Source of the DNA: Petrotoga sp. UBA5851 | GTDB taxonomy: Bacteria; Thermotogota; Thermotogae; Petrotogales; Petrotogaceae | Direction: 5' to 3' | Length of the DNA: 64,000 nt | NCBI GenBank assembly: GCA_002431635.1 | Contig: DJGH01000008.1 | Location: forward strand, 28,069 to 92,068 | Part shown: positions 54,317 to 63,626 of the stretch, piece after piece | How the letters are laid out: every line of letters begins with the position of its first letter | How positions within the stretch are numbered: position 1 is the first letter of the stretch | Translations under genes and position numbers: made by a program | The notes under the pieces: model-generated | Seen by the model: the letters and a program-made list of their open reading frames with translations, nothing else | Database searches by the model: none | Told to the model about the DNA's origin: nothing

Positions 54317-55443
54317 GTCAGAATCTTACTTTTACAGAAAAACTAAAGAATTTTTTTATAAGCAATGCTGTTCCGATACTTTTCGTAGTTATCACTCTGC
54401 TTGCTGTTCCCGTTTCCGGGTTCAGTGCCAACTATCTGATACAGGAGATGATAACCAGAATAGGCAGAAACTCGTTCCTGGTTCTAGCTCTGTTGCTTCC
54501 TATTTTAGCTGGTATGGGACTGAATTTTGGTATGGTGCTGGGAGCGATGGCAGGTCAGATAGGCCTCATATTTATTACAGACTGGGCTATCGTAGGTATT
54601 CCCGGACTTGTGCTCGCCATGCTCATATCAACTCCTATTTCCATACTTCTGGGGATTCTTTGTGGAAGTGTCCTTAACAGGGCAAAGGGAAGAGAAATGG
54701 CAACGTCTTACATACTTGGTTTTTTCATTAACGGTATTTATCAGCTTGTTGTTCTTTATTTCATGGGAGGGATAATTCCGGTTAAAAGTCCTTCTCTGGT
54801 TCTTTCAAGAGGATACGGCATAAGAAATACCGTCGCTCTTGACGGTGTCAGACAGGTATTTGACAACATGATCCCCTTAAAGATAGGAGAGATATCCATA
54901 CCATTGGGTACTTTTCTTATTATAGCTTTGTTGTGTCTGTTTATAATATGGTTCAGAAAGACCAAGCTTGGGCAGGATATGAGAGCCATCGCCCAGGATA
55001 TGAAGGTGGCACAGTCCGCCGGCATCCCGGTTGACCGTACAAGAATCATTTCAATAGTGATTTCAACTGTTCTGGCGGGATACGGACAGATAATCTTTCT
55101 TCAGAACATGGGTACACTGAGTACTTACAATAGCCATGACCAGACCGGGGTCTTTTCAATAGCCGCTATACTTATAGGTGGTGCAACGGTATCCAAAGCG
55201 ACCATTCCGAATGTATTCATAGGAGTAATACTTTTCCACATGATGTTTGTTGTTTCTCCTATGGCGGGAAAGAATCTCATCGGACAGGCAATGCTGGGTG
55301 AGTACTTCAGACAGTTTATTTCTTATGGAATAATAGCTATTGCTCTGGTTCTTCATGCATGGAGGCGCCAGAAAGATAAAGAAATGGAAAGAAGAAGTCT
55401 TAGAGGCGTGAAAGCAGAAAAACAGCCTCAGGCTGAGAAATAA
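54313..55443 (+). CDS. ABC transporter permease
   Basis: 376 aa polytopic protein, paralogous in look to the upstream permease, with a 4 nt overlap. Confidence 0.85.
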   Translation: MSQNLTFTEKLKNFFISNAVPILFVVITLLAVPVSGFSANYLIQEMITRIGRNSFLVLALLLPILAGMGLNFGMVLGAMAGQIGLIFITDWAIVGIPGLVLAMLISTPISILLGILCGSVLNRAKGREMATSYILGFFINGIYQLVVLYFMGGIIPVKSPSLVLSRGYGIRNTVALDGVRQVFDNMIPLKIGEISIPLGTFLIIALLCLFIIWFRKTKLGQDMRAIAQDMKVAQSAGIPVDRTRIISIVISTVLAGYGQIIFLQNMGTLSTYNSHDQTGVFSIAAILIGGATVSKATIPNVFIGVILFHMMFVVSPMAGKNLIGQAMLGEYFRQFISYGIIAIALVLHAWRRQKDKEMERRSLRGVKAEKQPQAEK

Positions 55444-55462
55444 GGCAGAGGAGGCTATTACT

Positions 55463-55849
55463 TTGAAGAGAACAGTTTTTATATTTATTATGATAGCACT
55501 TCTTGTACTTTTAGGAGTTTGGATGTTTATCCTTGGTAGACAGCGTACGGTTGTCATGAGAAATGAAAGTATTGACAAGCAGGGTATTACATATGAAGCT
55601 GTGCAGGTTGTAGGGGTTTCTTTTGACGAAGCGGCGGAGACAGAAATCACATATGACGATGCTGCTATATTTTATCTGGTAGGCTCGTCTCATAAGTTAA
55701 AACTAAGAGTTGCCGATGAGGACGGAAATACTCTGCGTGTTGTTGAAAAAACTATAAAGCTTGATCTTTCGAAAAACATAAGTGTTGATATTCCCGAGCT
55801 TTTGGAAAAGAAGGAAGAAGAGGTAAAGCTTACAGGAAAGATGTGGTGA
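55463..55849 (+). CDS. hypothetical membrane-anchored protein
   Basis: 128 aa with a TTG start after GGCAGAGGAGG. It has one N-terminal TM and a soluble domain. It is the last gene of the ABC operon. Confidence 0.5.
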   Translation: MKRTVFIFIMIALLVLLGVWMFILGRQRTVVMRNESIDKQGITYEAVQVVGVSFDEAAETEITYDDAAIFYLVGSSHKLKLRVADEDGNTLRVVEKTIKLDLSKNISVDIPELLEKKEEEVKLTGKMW

Positions 55850-55858
55850 AATTATTCT

Positions 55859-55892
55859 GGAGCCTGAGTAAAGATCAGGCTCCGGATTTTTT
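55859..55892. terminator. bidirectional terminator
   Basis: A 9 bp stem GGAGCCTGA/TCAGGCTCC, followed by GGATTTTTT. Confidence 0.7.
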
Positions 55893-56982
55893 AAGTAAGG
55901 AAGATTAAAAAAGAACAGATAAGAGCCAAAACTGCCCATAACAGTTTACTGTTATCAAAAACTCTTCTGGAGTCATAACAACCCAAAGGGAATATCGGAA
56001 TTAGAACATTGAAAAAGAGCATGTTCTTTCCTATAAGAATATTATATGCCACAAAGGTACTTAAGGAATGATCGGTACTTACGAACTTTTGAATTAATAT
56101 AAATATTGATAGAACCAGAGTAGTTGAAGCAATACCGTTTAAGCCTATAATTCCTAGTTTCTTCTTGAGCTCAGGATATCTCCATGCGGTCTGTTTGGGA
56201 TAAACTGATCCGGGAACAGGAAAAAATCCGCCGAATACTCCGGCGATAAGAATATTCAGGGTTATTCCCGACTCCCAGAGTCTGAAGCGGACAGGTAATC
56301 CCTGAACTTTGGAAGCAGCTGCCATAAACGCAAAGCGGACGATAAAGAGGATTGAAAAAGCAGCAAAGGCATATAAGAGTTCCTGAGGATCTGCCCATAT
56401 TGAGTTGTTTATTCGCAGGCATGCAATTAAAAAAACCGCGATATTTAAGAGGATACTCATTAAAAACTCAAATGCAGAGCTGTCAAAATGTTTTTGATCT
56501 GCCGGAAACTTCCAGAGGAAATGCCCGATATCAAAGATATGAAAAGTATTATAAAGCAGCTTAAAGTATGAAAAACCATAATTTTTAATTTGATCATACA
56601 GGGAAAGGACAGAAAAACCATTTTTTGAAAATATATTACTTGATCCAGTATTGTTTCCTTCAACACAAGCAAAAATTTCTTCACAGCCCATATCCTTCAT
56701 ATAGGTTAAGGATGCTTGTGCCAATTTTTTTCCTACACCGTTTTTCTGCTCTTCTTTTGATACAAACAGCTCCAGAACATGCCCGCACTTTTTATTTTTT
56801 AAAGTAAATATCTTCAGTACCGCACCACCCACCAGCTCACCGTTTTTCTCCGCAACCAGTGTATCTTTTGAACTTGAATAAAAGAATCTCATAAGAAATG
56901 GAAAAGCAGTATTTTTTATTTTGTTTAGAGCTTTCTTATCTATCGGTGTTGCAGGCCGTATTATGATATTCTGTTCCGTCAT
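55891..56982 (-). CDS. GNAT N-acetyltransferase fused to a polytopic M50-like (catalytically degenerate) membrane domain
   Basis: The N-terminal 150 aa are GNAT (acetyl-CoA loop QKNGVGKKL). The C-terminal approximately 210 aa have about 6 TMs with RFAFM where HExxH is expected. They also carry GLNGIAS and FNVLIPIFPLGCYD, which resemble the AGPxxN and NxxPxxPLDG blocks of site-2 proteases. Confidence 0.6.
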   Translation of the reverse strand: MTEQNIIIRPATPIDKKALNKIKNTAFPFLMRFFYSSSKDTLVAEKNGELVGGAVLKIFTLKNKKCGHVLELFVSKEEQKNGVGKKLAQASLTYMKDMGCEEIFACVEGNNTGSSNIFSKNGFSVLSLYDQIKNYGFSYFKLLYNTFHIFDIGHFLWKFPADQKHFDSSAFEFLMSILLNIAVFLIACLRINNSIWADPQELLYAFAAFSILFIVRFAFMAAASKVQGLPVRFRLWESGITLNILIAGVFGGFFPVPGSVYPKQTAWRYPELKKKLGIIGLNGIASTTLVLSIFILIQKFVSTDHSLSTFVAYNILIGKNMLFFNVLIPIFPLGCYDSRRVFDNSKLLWAVLALICSFLIFLT

Positions 56983-57800
56983 AAGTAAACCTCCTCTCTT
57001 CTATGTTTTAAAAGCGGTAGTTTTGATCTTATTTCTGATATAAGATCCATCTCAAGCTCAATATTTAACACCCCGTTTTCATACTCCAGAGAGCCTAGTA
57101 CTTTCCCCCATGGATCTATAGCCATTGAATGCCCGTACGAATGATATGTGAAAGAGGAGTTTAAGGCAGTGGAGCAGGCACATACAAAAAGCTGGTTATC
57201 CAGAGCTCTGCTTCGCATAGTCAACTCCCAGTGTGCTGGACCGGTTATGCTATTGAAAGCTGCGGGAATAAAAACTATCTGTGCCCCCATAAGTGCCATC
57301 TTCCTCGTAAGCTCAGGAAATCTTGCATCATAACATATACAAACACCTATCGGACAAATATCAGTATCAATAACCGTTGCCGAATTTCCTGGTGAAAGCA
57401 CCATAGACTCTTTAAAAGTAACCTCATGGTTCTCTCTTCTGATGTTTACATCAAAGAGATGAACTTTACGGTGTTTGCCAATAATTTTGCCTTCTTTGGA
57501 AAGTACGAAAGATGTGTTAAAGATCTTTCCGTCATCGTTTTCGGGGATAGAACCTCCGATAAGAACCGTAGAGTATTCCTTTGCAAGAGATGAAAGATAT
57601 TTTAACGTTATACCATCTTCTGTTTCCGAAAAAGCTTTAAAACAGCTTATATCGTAAGGACAGTTAAACATTTCTCCAAGAACGGTGAAATCAGGAGAAA
57701 AATCTCTTATCCTTTTCATCTGTTCAGTTAAGTTTGAAAGATTCCTTTCCTTTCTTTCAGAAACATCAAGCTGGAGCATTGATACACGTACATTTTTCAT
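56979..57800 (-). CDS. carbon-nitrogen hydrolase (nitrilase superfamily, omega-amidase-like)
   Basis: The Glu-Lys-Cys triad contexts are present: LGEMFNCPY, HRKVHLFD and VCICYDARFPE. Confidence 0.85.
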   Translation of the reverse strand: MKNVRVSMLQLDVSERKERNLSNLTEQMKRIRDFSPDFTVLGEMFNCPYDISCFKAFSETEDGITLKYLSSLAKEYSTVLIGGSIPENDDGKIFNTSFVLSKEGKIIGKHRKVHLFDVNIRRENHEVTFKESMVLSPGNSATVIDTDICPIGVCICYDARFPELTRKMALMGAQIVFIPAAFNSITGPAHWELTMRSRALDNQLFVCACSTALNSSFTYHSYGHSMAIDPWGKVLGSLEYENGVLNIELEMDLISEIRSKLPLLKHRREEVYL

Positions 57801-57970
57801 AAATCCCCCCTATAACGACGGCTTTGGGTTGAATATCTCATAAAACCATCAAATCTGTGTAAAGCAGGTTATAAATACCTAGTCATTCTCCAAAAAATGG
57901 TTTTTGAAAAAAGCTTTTAAGTTGATATAATTATAGCATGAAAAATATTTCATAAAGTAGGGGGAGTAGT

Positions 57971-59650
57971 ATGAAAAACATACCCAGCGATATTGAGATT
58001 GCTCAAAGCTGCAAAATGAAGGATATACATACCATCGCAGCCCAAGCCTGTATCCTTGAAAATGAGATAGAGCCTTACGGAAAGTATAAAGCGAAACTTT
58101 CGCTTGATATTCTTAAGAGGCTGAGCAGCAAGCAAGACGGAAAGTTAGTGCTTGTAAGTGCTATAACTCCCACTCCTGCGGGGGAAGGAAAGTCTACAAC
58201 TACGGTTGGTCTTGGTCAGGCACTTAACAGAATCGGTAAAAAAGCTGTTATTGCATTGCGTGAACCATCTCTTGGGCCGGTTTTCGGTGTTAAGGGCGGA
58301 GCAGCCGGCGGAGGGTACTCACAGGTTGTGCCGATGGAAGATATAAACCTTCACTTTACAGGGGATATACATGCCGTAACGGCAGCCAATAACCTACTTT
58401 CCGCATTGATAGACAATCATATATTCCATGGTAACTCACTTAATATAGATCTTAGAGAGGTTATCTGGAAAAGATGTCTTGACATGAACGATAGGGTGCT
58501 CAGAGAGATAATAGTTGGAATAGGACCTAAAAGCAATGGCTTTTTGAGACAGGACTATTTTATGATTACCGCAGCTTCCGAGATAATGGCGGTTCTCTGT
58601 CTTGCCACAGACATGGAAGACCTTAAACAGAGACTCGGCAATATTGTTGTGGCATATGATGCAGACGGCAAGCCTGTAACGGCAAGAGATCTCAATGCCC
58701 ATGGTGCATTGGCTCTTTTGTTAAAGGATGCCATAAAACCCAATCTTGTCCAAACTCTTGAGAATACTCCTGCTATAATCCATGGAGGACCTTTTGCAAA
58801 TATTGCTCATGGATGCAACAGCATATTGGCCACTAAAATGGGCTTAAAGCTTGGTGAATACCTTGTAACTGAAGCCGGATTCGGTGCTGATCTGGGAGGA
58901 GAAAAATTTCTTGACATAAAGTGCCGTTATGGAGGCCTTAATCCTTCAGCAGTTGTGCTTGTTGCGACCATAAGAGCTCTAAAAATGCATGGAGGAGTAC
59001 CAAAGGCAGAGCTTGGGTTAGAGAATGTTCAGGCTGTACAAAAAGGTTTTGCCAATCTCAGAAAGCAGGTAGAAAATATAAGAAAGTTCAATCTTCCTGT
59101 TTTGGTTGCCATAAACAAATTTTCTGCTGATACAGCTGCTGAAATACATGAGCTGGAGGATATGTGCAGATCACAGAGTATAGATGTGGTTTTGAATGAG
59201 TGCTGGGAGAAAGGCGGGGAAGGCGGTATTGAAATGGCCGAAAGACTAGTTGAGATAGTTCGGTCCGGAGCTGGTGAGTATAAACCCTTATATGGTCTGA
59301 ATGATAGTCTGCAGCAGAAGGTTGAGACTATTGCGCAAAGTATATACGGAGCTGACAGTGTGGTTTTTTCCGCACAGGCAAGGAAAGAGATCAAAAAACT
59401 CGAAAAATACGGATATGATAAACTTCCGGTATGTATGGCAAAGACACAGTACTCTCTTTCAGACAATCCCGATCTTTTAGGTGAGCCTAAGGGATTCAAA
59501 ATAACTGTCAAGGACGTGAGGGTATCTGCCGGAGCAGGATTTGTGGTTTGTCTTACGGGAGATATAATGACCATGCCAGGACTTCCTAAAATTCCTGCAG
59601 CAAATGTTATGGATATAGACCAAGACGGTAAGATTACCGGATTATTCTGA
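57971..59650 (+). CDS. fhs: formate--tetrahydrofolate ligase
   Basis: 559 aa with the [14 protein letters not shown]-loop and strong overall Fhs likeness. Confidence 0.95.
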   Translation: MKNIPSDIEIAQSCKMKDIHTIAAQACILENEIEPYGKYKAKLSLDILKRLSSKQDGKLVLVSAITPTPAGEGKSTTTVGLGQALNRIGKKAVIALREPSLGPVFGVKGGAAGGGYSQVVPMEDINLHFTGDIHAVTAANNLLSALIDNHIFHGNSLNIDLREVIWKRCLDMNDRVLREIIVGIGPKSNGFLRQDYFMITAASEIMAVLCLATDMEDLKQRLGNIVVAYDADGKPVTARDLNAHGALALLLKDAIKPNLVQTLENTPAIIHGGPFANIAHGCNSILATKMGLKLGEYLVTEAGFGADLGGEKFLDIKCRYGGLNPSAVVLVATIRALKMHGGVPKAELGLENVQAVQKGFANLRKQVENIRKFNLPVLVAINKFSADTAAEIHELEDMCRSQSIDVVLNECWEKGGEGGIEMAERLVEIVRSGAGEYKPLYGLNDSLQQKVETIAQSIYGADSVVFSAQARKEIKKLEKYGYDKLPVCMAKTQYSLSDNPDLLGEPKGFKITVKDVRVSAGAGFVVCLTGDIMTMPGLPKIPAANVMDIDQDGKITGLF

Positions 59651-59666
59651 AAAGGAGTTGTTCTGA

Positions 59667-61196
59667 GTGAAAAAAATAATAGTTGACGGCGGCAGGCTTA
59701 AAATAGAAGATGTAGTTAATGTGGCAAGGTTTATGTACGAGGTTGGGATATCGCAAGATGCATTGGATAAGATTTCACAGGCCCGACAAGTAGTTGATAG
59801 GTATGTAGAGGAAGAAAGAGTTGTTTACGGTCTTACCACTGGCTTTGGAAAGTTTTGTGATGTATTTATTTCAAAAGAACAGAGCATTCAGCTTCAGAAA
59901 AATCTTATAATGAGTCATTCGTGTGGTGTAGGTAATCCTCTTGACCAGGAGATAGTAAGGGCAATAATGCTTTTGAGAGTCAATGCCCTTTCTGTTGGTC
60001 ATTCGGGAATAAGAGCCTCGACAGTTCAGACGCTCATAGATATGATAAATAAAAATGTAGTTCCTGTTATTCCGGAAAAAGGTTCACTGGGTTCATCTGG
60101 CGATCTTGCACCTCTTTCTCATATGGTTCTGACTATGATGGGTATGGGAGAAGCTTTTTATGAAAATCAGAGAATGGACTCCGAAAAGGCTATGAAGCTT
60201 GCAGGCATAAAGCCTGTGGAACTTACATCCAAGGAAGGTCTTGCACTTATAAACGGTACACAGGTAATGACGGCTATAGCTTCTCTGGCTGTGTATGATG
60301 CCGAAAATCTTTCCAAAAGTGCAGATGTTGTATCTTCACTTACCATACAGGCTCTTAAGGGAATAGTGGAAGCCTTTGATCCCAAGGTACATGACATAAG
60401 AAACCAGCAGGGTCAGATAAAGTGTGCCGCCAATCTCAGAAAACTTCTCCAAGGCAGTAAGCTTACCACTCATCAAGGAGAGGAAAGAGTACAGGATCCT
60501 TATACCCTGAGATGTATTCCCCAGATACACGGTGCAAGCAAGGATGCTGTTGAGTATGTAAAAATGATTGTTGAAAGGGAGATAAATGCTGTTACCGATA
60601 ACCCACTCATATTCGCCAGGGAAGACCAGGTTATTTCCGGAGGAAACTTTCACGGCCAGCCTATAGCTCTGGCGATGGATTTTCTGGCTATAGCTCTTTC
60701 GGAATTTGCAAATGTTTCTGAAAGAAGGATAGAACGTTTAGTTAACCCACAGTTGAGCCAGCTTCCGGCTTTTCTTACAAAAAACGGGGGACTTAACTCA
60801 GGTTTTATGATAACCCAGTATGCGGCAGCTGCGCTCGTATCTGAAAATAAAGTGCTTGCACATCCGGCCAGTGTTGACTCAATTCCTTCTTCGGCCAACC
60901 AGGAGGATCATGTCAGTATGGGAACTATAGCCGCAAGAAAGGCAAGAGAAATTTTATTTAATGTAACCAATGTCCTTGCAATAGAGCTTATGGCATCGCT
61001 TCAGGCGCTCGATATCCAGGAAGCTGCCGACAAGCTTTCACCTGTAACCAGAGAGGTTTATGATACCTGCCGTGAACAGATAAAAGCAGTAGATAAAGAC
61101 AGAGTAATGTATACCGATATAAACAGTGCATACCGTATATTGAAAAATGGCTCTATTGTAGATAAGAGTGTAAAAGCATCAGGGGAGATTTATTAA
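59667..61196 (+). CDS. hutH: histidine ammonia-lyase
   Basis: 509 aa with a GTG start. The MIO region is GSLGSSGDLAPLSH. The NGTQ and QEDHVSMG blocks are present. Confidence 0.95.
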   Translation: MKKIIVDGGRLKIEDVVNVARFMYEVGISQDALDKISQARQVVDRYVEEERVVYGLTTGFGKFCDVFISKEQSIQLQKNLIMSHSCGVGNPLDQEIVRAIMLLRVNALSVGHSGIRASTVQTLIDMINKNVVPVIPEKGSLGSSGDLAPLSHMVLTMMGMGEAFYENQRMDSEKAMKLAGIKPVELTSKEGLALINGTQVMTAIASLAVYDAENLSKSADVVSSLTIQALKGIVEAFDPKVHDIRNQQGQIKCAANLRKLLQGSKLTTHQGEERVQDPYTLRCIPQIHGASKDAVEYVKMIVEREINAVTDNPLIFAREDQVISGGNFHGQPIALAMDFLAIALSEFANVSERRIERLVNPQLSQLPAFLTKNGGLNSGFMITQYAAAALVSENKVLAHPASVDSIPSSANQEDHVSMGTIAARKAREILFNVTNVLAIELMASLQALDIQEAADKLSPVTREVYDTCREQIKAVDKDRVMYTDINSAYRILKNGSIVDKSVKASGEIY

Positions 61197-61210
61197 AATG
61201 GGGGTGGAGA

Positions 61211-63226
61211 ATGCAGGATTATATTAACAGCAGTATTGACAAAAGTATGAAGATAAAATTGGAGGATAAGCTTCCTCCTATGAATGATTTTTTGCCTGGA
61301 ATAAGAAGGGCACCTAAAAGGCAGTCCGATCTGACTGCTGAACAGAAAGTTCTTGCGGTCAAAAATGCTCTGAGGTATATTCCTGTGCAGTTTCACGAAC
61401 AGATGATGCAAGAGTTTCTGCAGGAGCTTGAAACAACAGGCAGGATATACGGCTACAGATACAGGCCCGCAGGCAATATAAAAGCTCTCCCGGTTAATGA
61501 ATATGAAGGGAAATGCCTCGAAGGAAAGGCATTTCAGTTTATGATTGATAATAACCTTGATTTTGATGTTGCTCTGTATCCATATGAACTGGTAACCTAC
61601 GGTGAGACAGGCCAGGTATGTCAGAACTGGATGCAGTACAGGCTATTAAAAAAGTATCTCCGGGAACTTACTAAAGATACAACCCTTGTGGTTGAATCCG
61701 GTCATCCGCTTGGGTTATTCCGTTCTCATGAGTATGCACCTAGGGTCATAATAACAAACGGTCTTATGGTGGGAATGTTTGATAATCAAAAGGATTTTAA
61801 TGTTTCTGCCGCACTGGGTGTTGCCAATTACGGGCAGATGACGGCGGGCGGATGGATGTACATAGGGCCGCAGGGTATTGTTCACGGTACGTTCAATACT
61901 ATTCTTAATGCAGGAAGGCTTAAACTGGGCATAGCGCACGACAAAGATCTTAAGGGAAAACTTTTTGTTTCTTCAGGGTTGGGAGGAATGAGCGGTGCAC
62001 AGGGAAAAGCAGGGGTAATAGCGAATGCGGTTGCTATAATTGCCGAGGTTGACATATCCAGAGTAAATACAAGAAAAGAACAGGGTTGGATCGATGAATG
62101 TGTTAGCGGATGTAAGGAAGCTTTTGATCTTGCATACAAGTATGTACTTGCCGGGCAGGCAAAGGCAATAGCTTATCACGGAAATATTGTAGATCTTCTG
62201 GAATACGCTGTTAATAATAATATACATATAGATCTTCTTTCAGATCAGACTTCCTGTCATGCAGCTTATGACGGAGGGTACTGTCCTGCCGGAATAGACT
62301 TTGAACAGCGTACATTTTTACTCCGGGAAAATAAAAATAGGTTTGCAGAGCTTGTAAATCAAAGTCTGAAACGTCATTTTGAAGCTATAAAAGCTTTGAC
62401 TAAAAGGGGAACTTACTTTTTTGATTACGGGAACAGCTTTATGAAAGCGATTTTTGATGCCGGAGTAAAGGAGATATCCAAAAACGGTATAGATGAAAAA
62501 GATGGCTTTATCTTCCCTTCCTATGTTGAAGATATACTCGGGCCTGAGCTGTTTGATTACGGATACGGACCATTTAGATGGGTTTGTCTCAGCAATGATC
62601 CCAAAGATCTTGAAAAAACCGATAAAGCAGCCATGGACTGTATAGATCCTAACAGAAGAGGTCAGGACAGGGATAACTACATATGGATAAGAGATGCTCA
62701 GAAAAATAAGCTTGTAGTCGGAAGTCAGGCCAGAATACTTTATCAGGATGCAGCGGGCAGAACAAGGATAGCTCTTAAGTTTAACCAGATGGTAAGAAAC
62801 GGTGAAATAGGTCCGGTGATGATGGGACGTGACCATCATGATACAGGCGGAACAGATTCTCCGTTCAGGGAAACATCAAATATAAAAGACGGTTCCAATG
62901 TAATGGCGGATATGGCAACTCAATGTTATGCCGGAAATGCTGCTAGGGGAATGAGTCTTATTGCTCTTCATAATGGAGGAGGAGTAGGAATAGGGAAGTC
63001 TGTCAACGGAGGTTTTGGACTTTTACTTGATGGAAGTGAAAAAACGGATGAAGTAATAAAGATGGCAATACCGTGGGACGTAATGGGCGGAGTAGCCCGA
63101 AGAGCGTGGGCAAGGAATCAGAACTCAATATCAACCTGTATGGAGTACAACCAGTGCAGTTCATCTGACCACATTACCCTTCCGTACATTGCTGATGAAG
63201 AAAAAATAAGAAAGCTGATAAAATAA
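61211..63226 (+). CDS. hutU: urocanate hydratase (long, approximately 670 aa form)
   Basis: The blocks GQMTAGGWMYIGPQGIVHGT, GLGGMSGAQ and HDTGGTDSPFRETSN are present. Confidence 0.95.
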   Translation: MQDYINSSIDKSMKIKLEDKLPPMNDFLPGIRRAPKRQSDLTAEQKVLAVKNALRYIPVQFHEQMMQEFLQELETTGRIYGYRYRPAGNIKALPVNEYEGKCLEGKAFQFMIDNNLDFDVALYPYELVTYGETGQVCQNWMQYRLLKKYLRELTKDTTLVVESGHPLGLFRSHEYAPRVIITNGLMVGMFDNQKDFNVSAALGVANYGQMTAGGWMYIGPQGIVHGTFNTILNAGRLKLGIAHDKDLKGKLFVSSGLGGMSGAQGKAGVIANAVAIIAEVDISRVNTRKEQGWIDECVSGCKEAFDLAYKYVLAGQAKAIAYHGNIVDLLEYAVNNNIHIDLLSDQTSCHAAYDGGYCPAGIDFEQRTFLLRENKNRFAELVNQSLKRHFEAIKALTKRGTYFFDYGNSFMKAIFDAGVKEISKNGIDEKDGFIFPSYVEDILGPELFDYGYGPFRWVCLSNDPKDLEKTDKAAMDCIDPNRRGQDRDNYIWIRDAQKNKLVVGSQARILYQDAAGRTRIALKFNQMVRNGEIGPVMMGRDHHDTGGTDSPFRETSNIKDGSNVMADMATQCYAGNAARGMSLIALHNGGGVGIGKSVNGGFGLLLDGSEKTDEVIKMAIPWDVMGGVARRAWARNQNSISTCMEYNQCSSSDHITLPYIADEEKIRKLIK

Positions 63227-63227
63227 T

Positions 63228-63256
63228 AAGAAAGCCGGATATCCGGCTTTCTTTTA
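63228..63256. terminator. bidirectional terminator after hutU
   Basis: An 11 bp stem AAGAAAGCCGG/CCGGCTTTCTT with loop ATAT. Confidence 0.75.
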
Positions 63257-63275
63257 TCTATTCAGAGTATCTTTT

Positions 63276-63626
63276 TTATAAGACTGTAGAATCGAAATTC
63301 CAAAGATGCTTTTTCATATTGATTCTTCCATCTTGCGTAAAGGTAATTCCTTCATCTGAAAGGAGCTGTTTTTGAATCTGACAGTCCCCAAAAACATAAA
63401 ATGGAGAGAGAGTACCTTTGCTGTTTACAACCCTATGGCACGCAAGACCAAGCTGCTGAGGGGCACATCTCATAGCCCAGCCGACAGCCCTTGCACCTCT
63501 TGGTTTTCCCAAGATAAGAGCTATCTGTCCGTATGTGGCAACTTTGCCTTTAGGTATTTTAGACACAATAGAGTAAACTTGTTTGAAAAAACCGGTATCT
63601 TTTTGCATGGTATCCTCCGTCAGCAT
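63276..63626 (-). CDS. MGMT-family (O6-alkylguanine-DNA alkyltransferase C-terminal domain only) protein
   Basis: 116 aa with IPKGKVATYGQIA, an HTH-like stretch, and ACHRVV in place of the canonical PCHRV. The active-site Cys is retained. Confidence 0.75.
   Translation of the reverse strand: MLTEDTMQKDTGFFKQVYSIVSKIPKGKVATYGQIALILGKPRGARAVGWAMRCAPQQLGLACHRVVNSKGTLSPFYVFGDCQIQKQLLSDEGITFTQDGRINMKKHLWNFDSTVL

Noticed and set aside
57801-57970. A ZTP (pfl motif) or THF riboswitch upstream of fhs, a common context for those elements.
   Set aside because: There is no CCGCCTGGGC-type 3' subdomain or other conserved block. After a plausible promoter (TTGAAA, 16 nt spacer, TATAAT), the untranslated leader is only about 35-40 nt.
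61211-63226. The 671 aa urocanate hydratase, about 110 residues longer than the classic approximately 560 aa bacterial enzyme.
   Set aside because: Long-form urocanases exist in several bacterial lineages and in eukaryotes. The extra length appears distributed rather than forming a discrete fused domain, so I did not treat it as a novelty.
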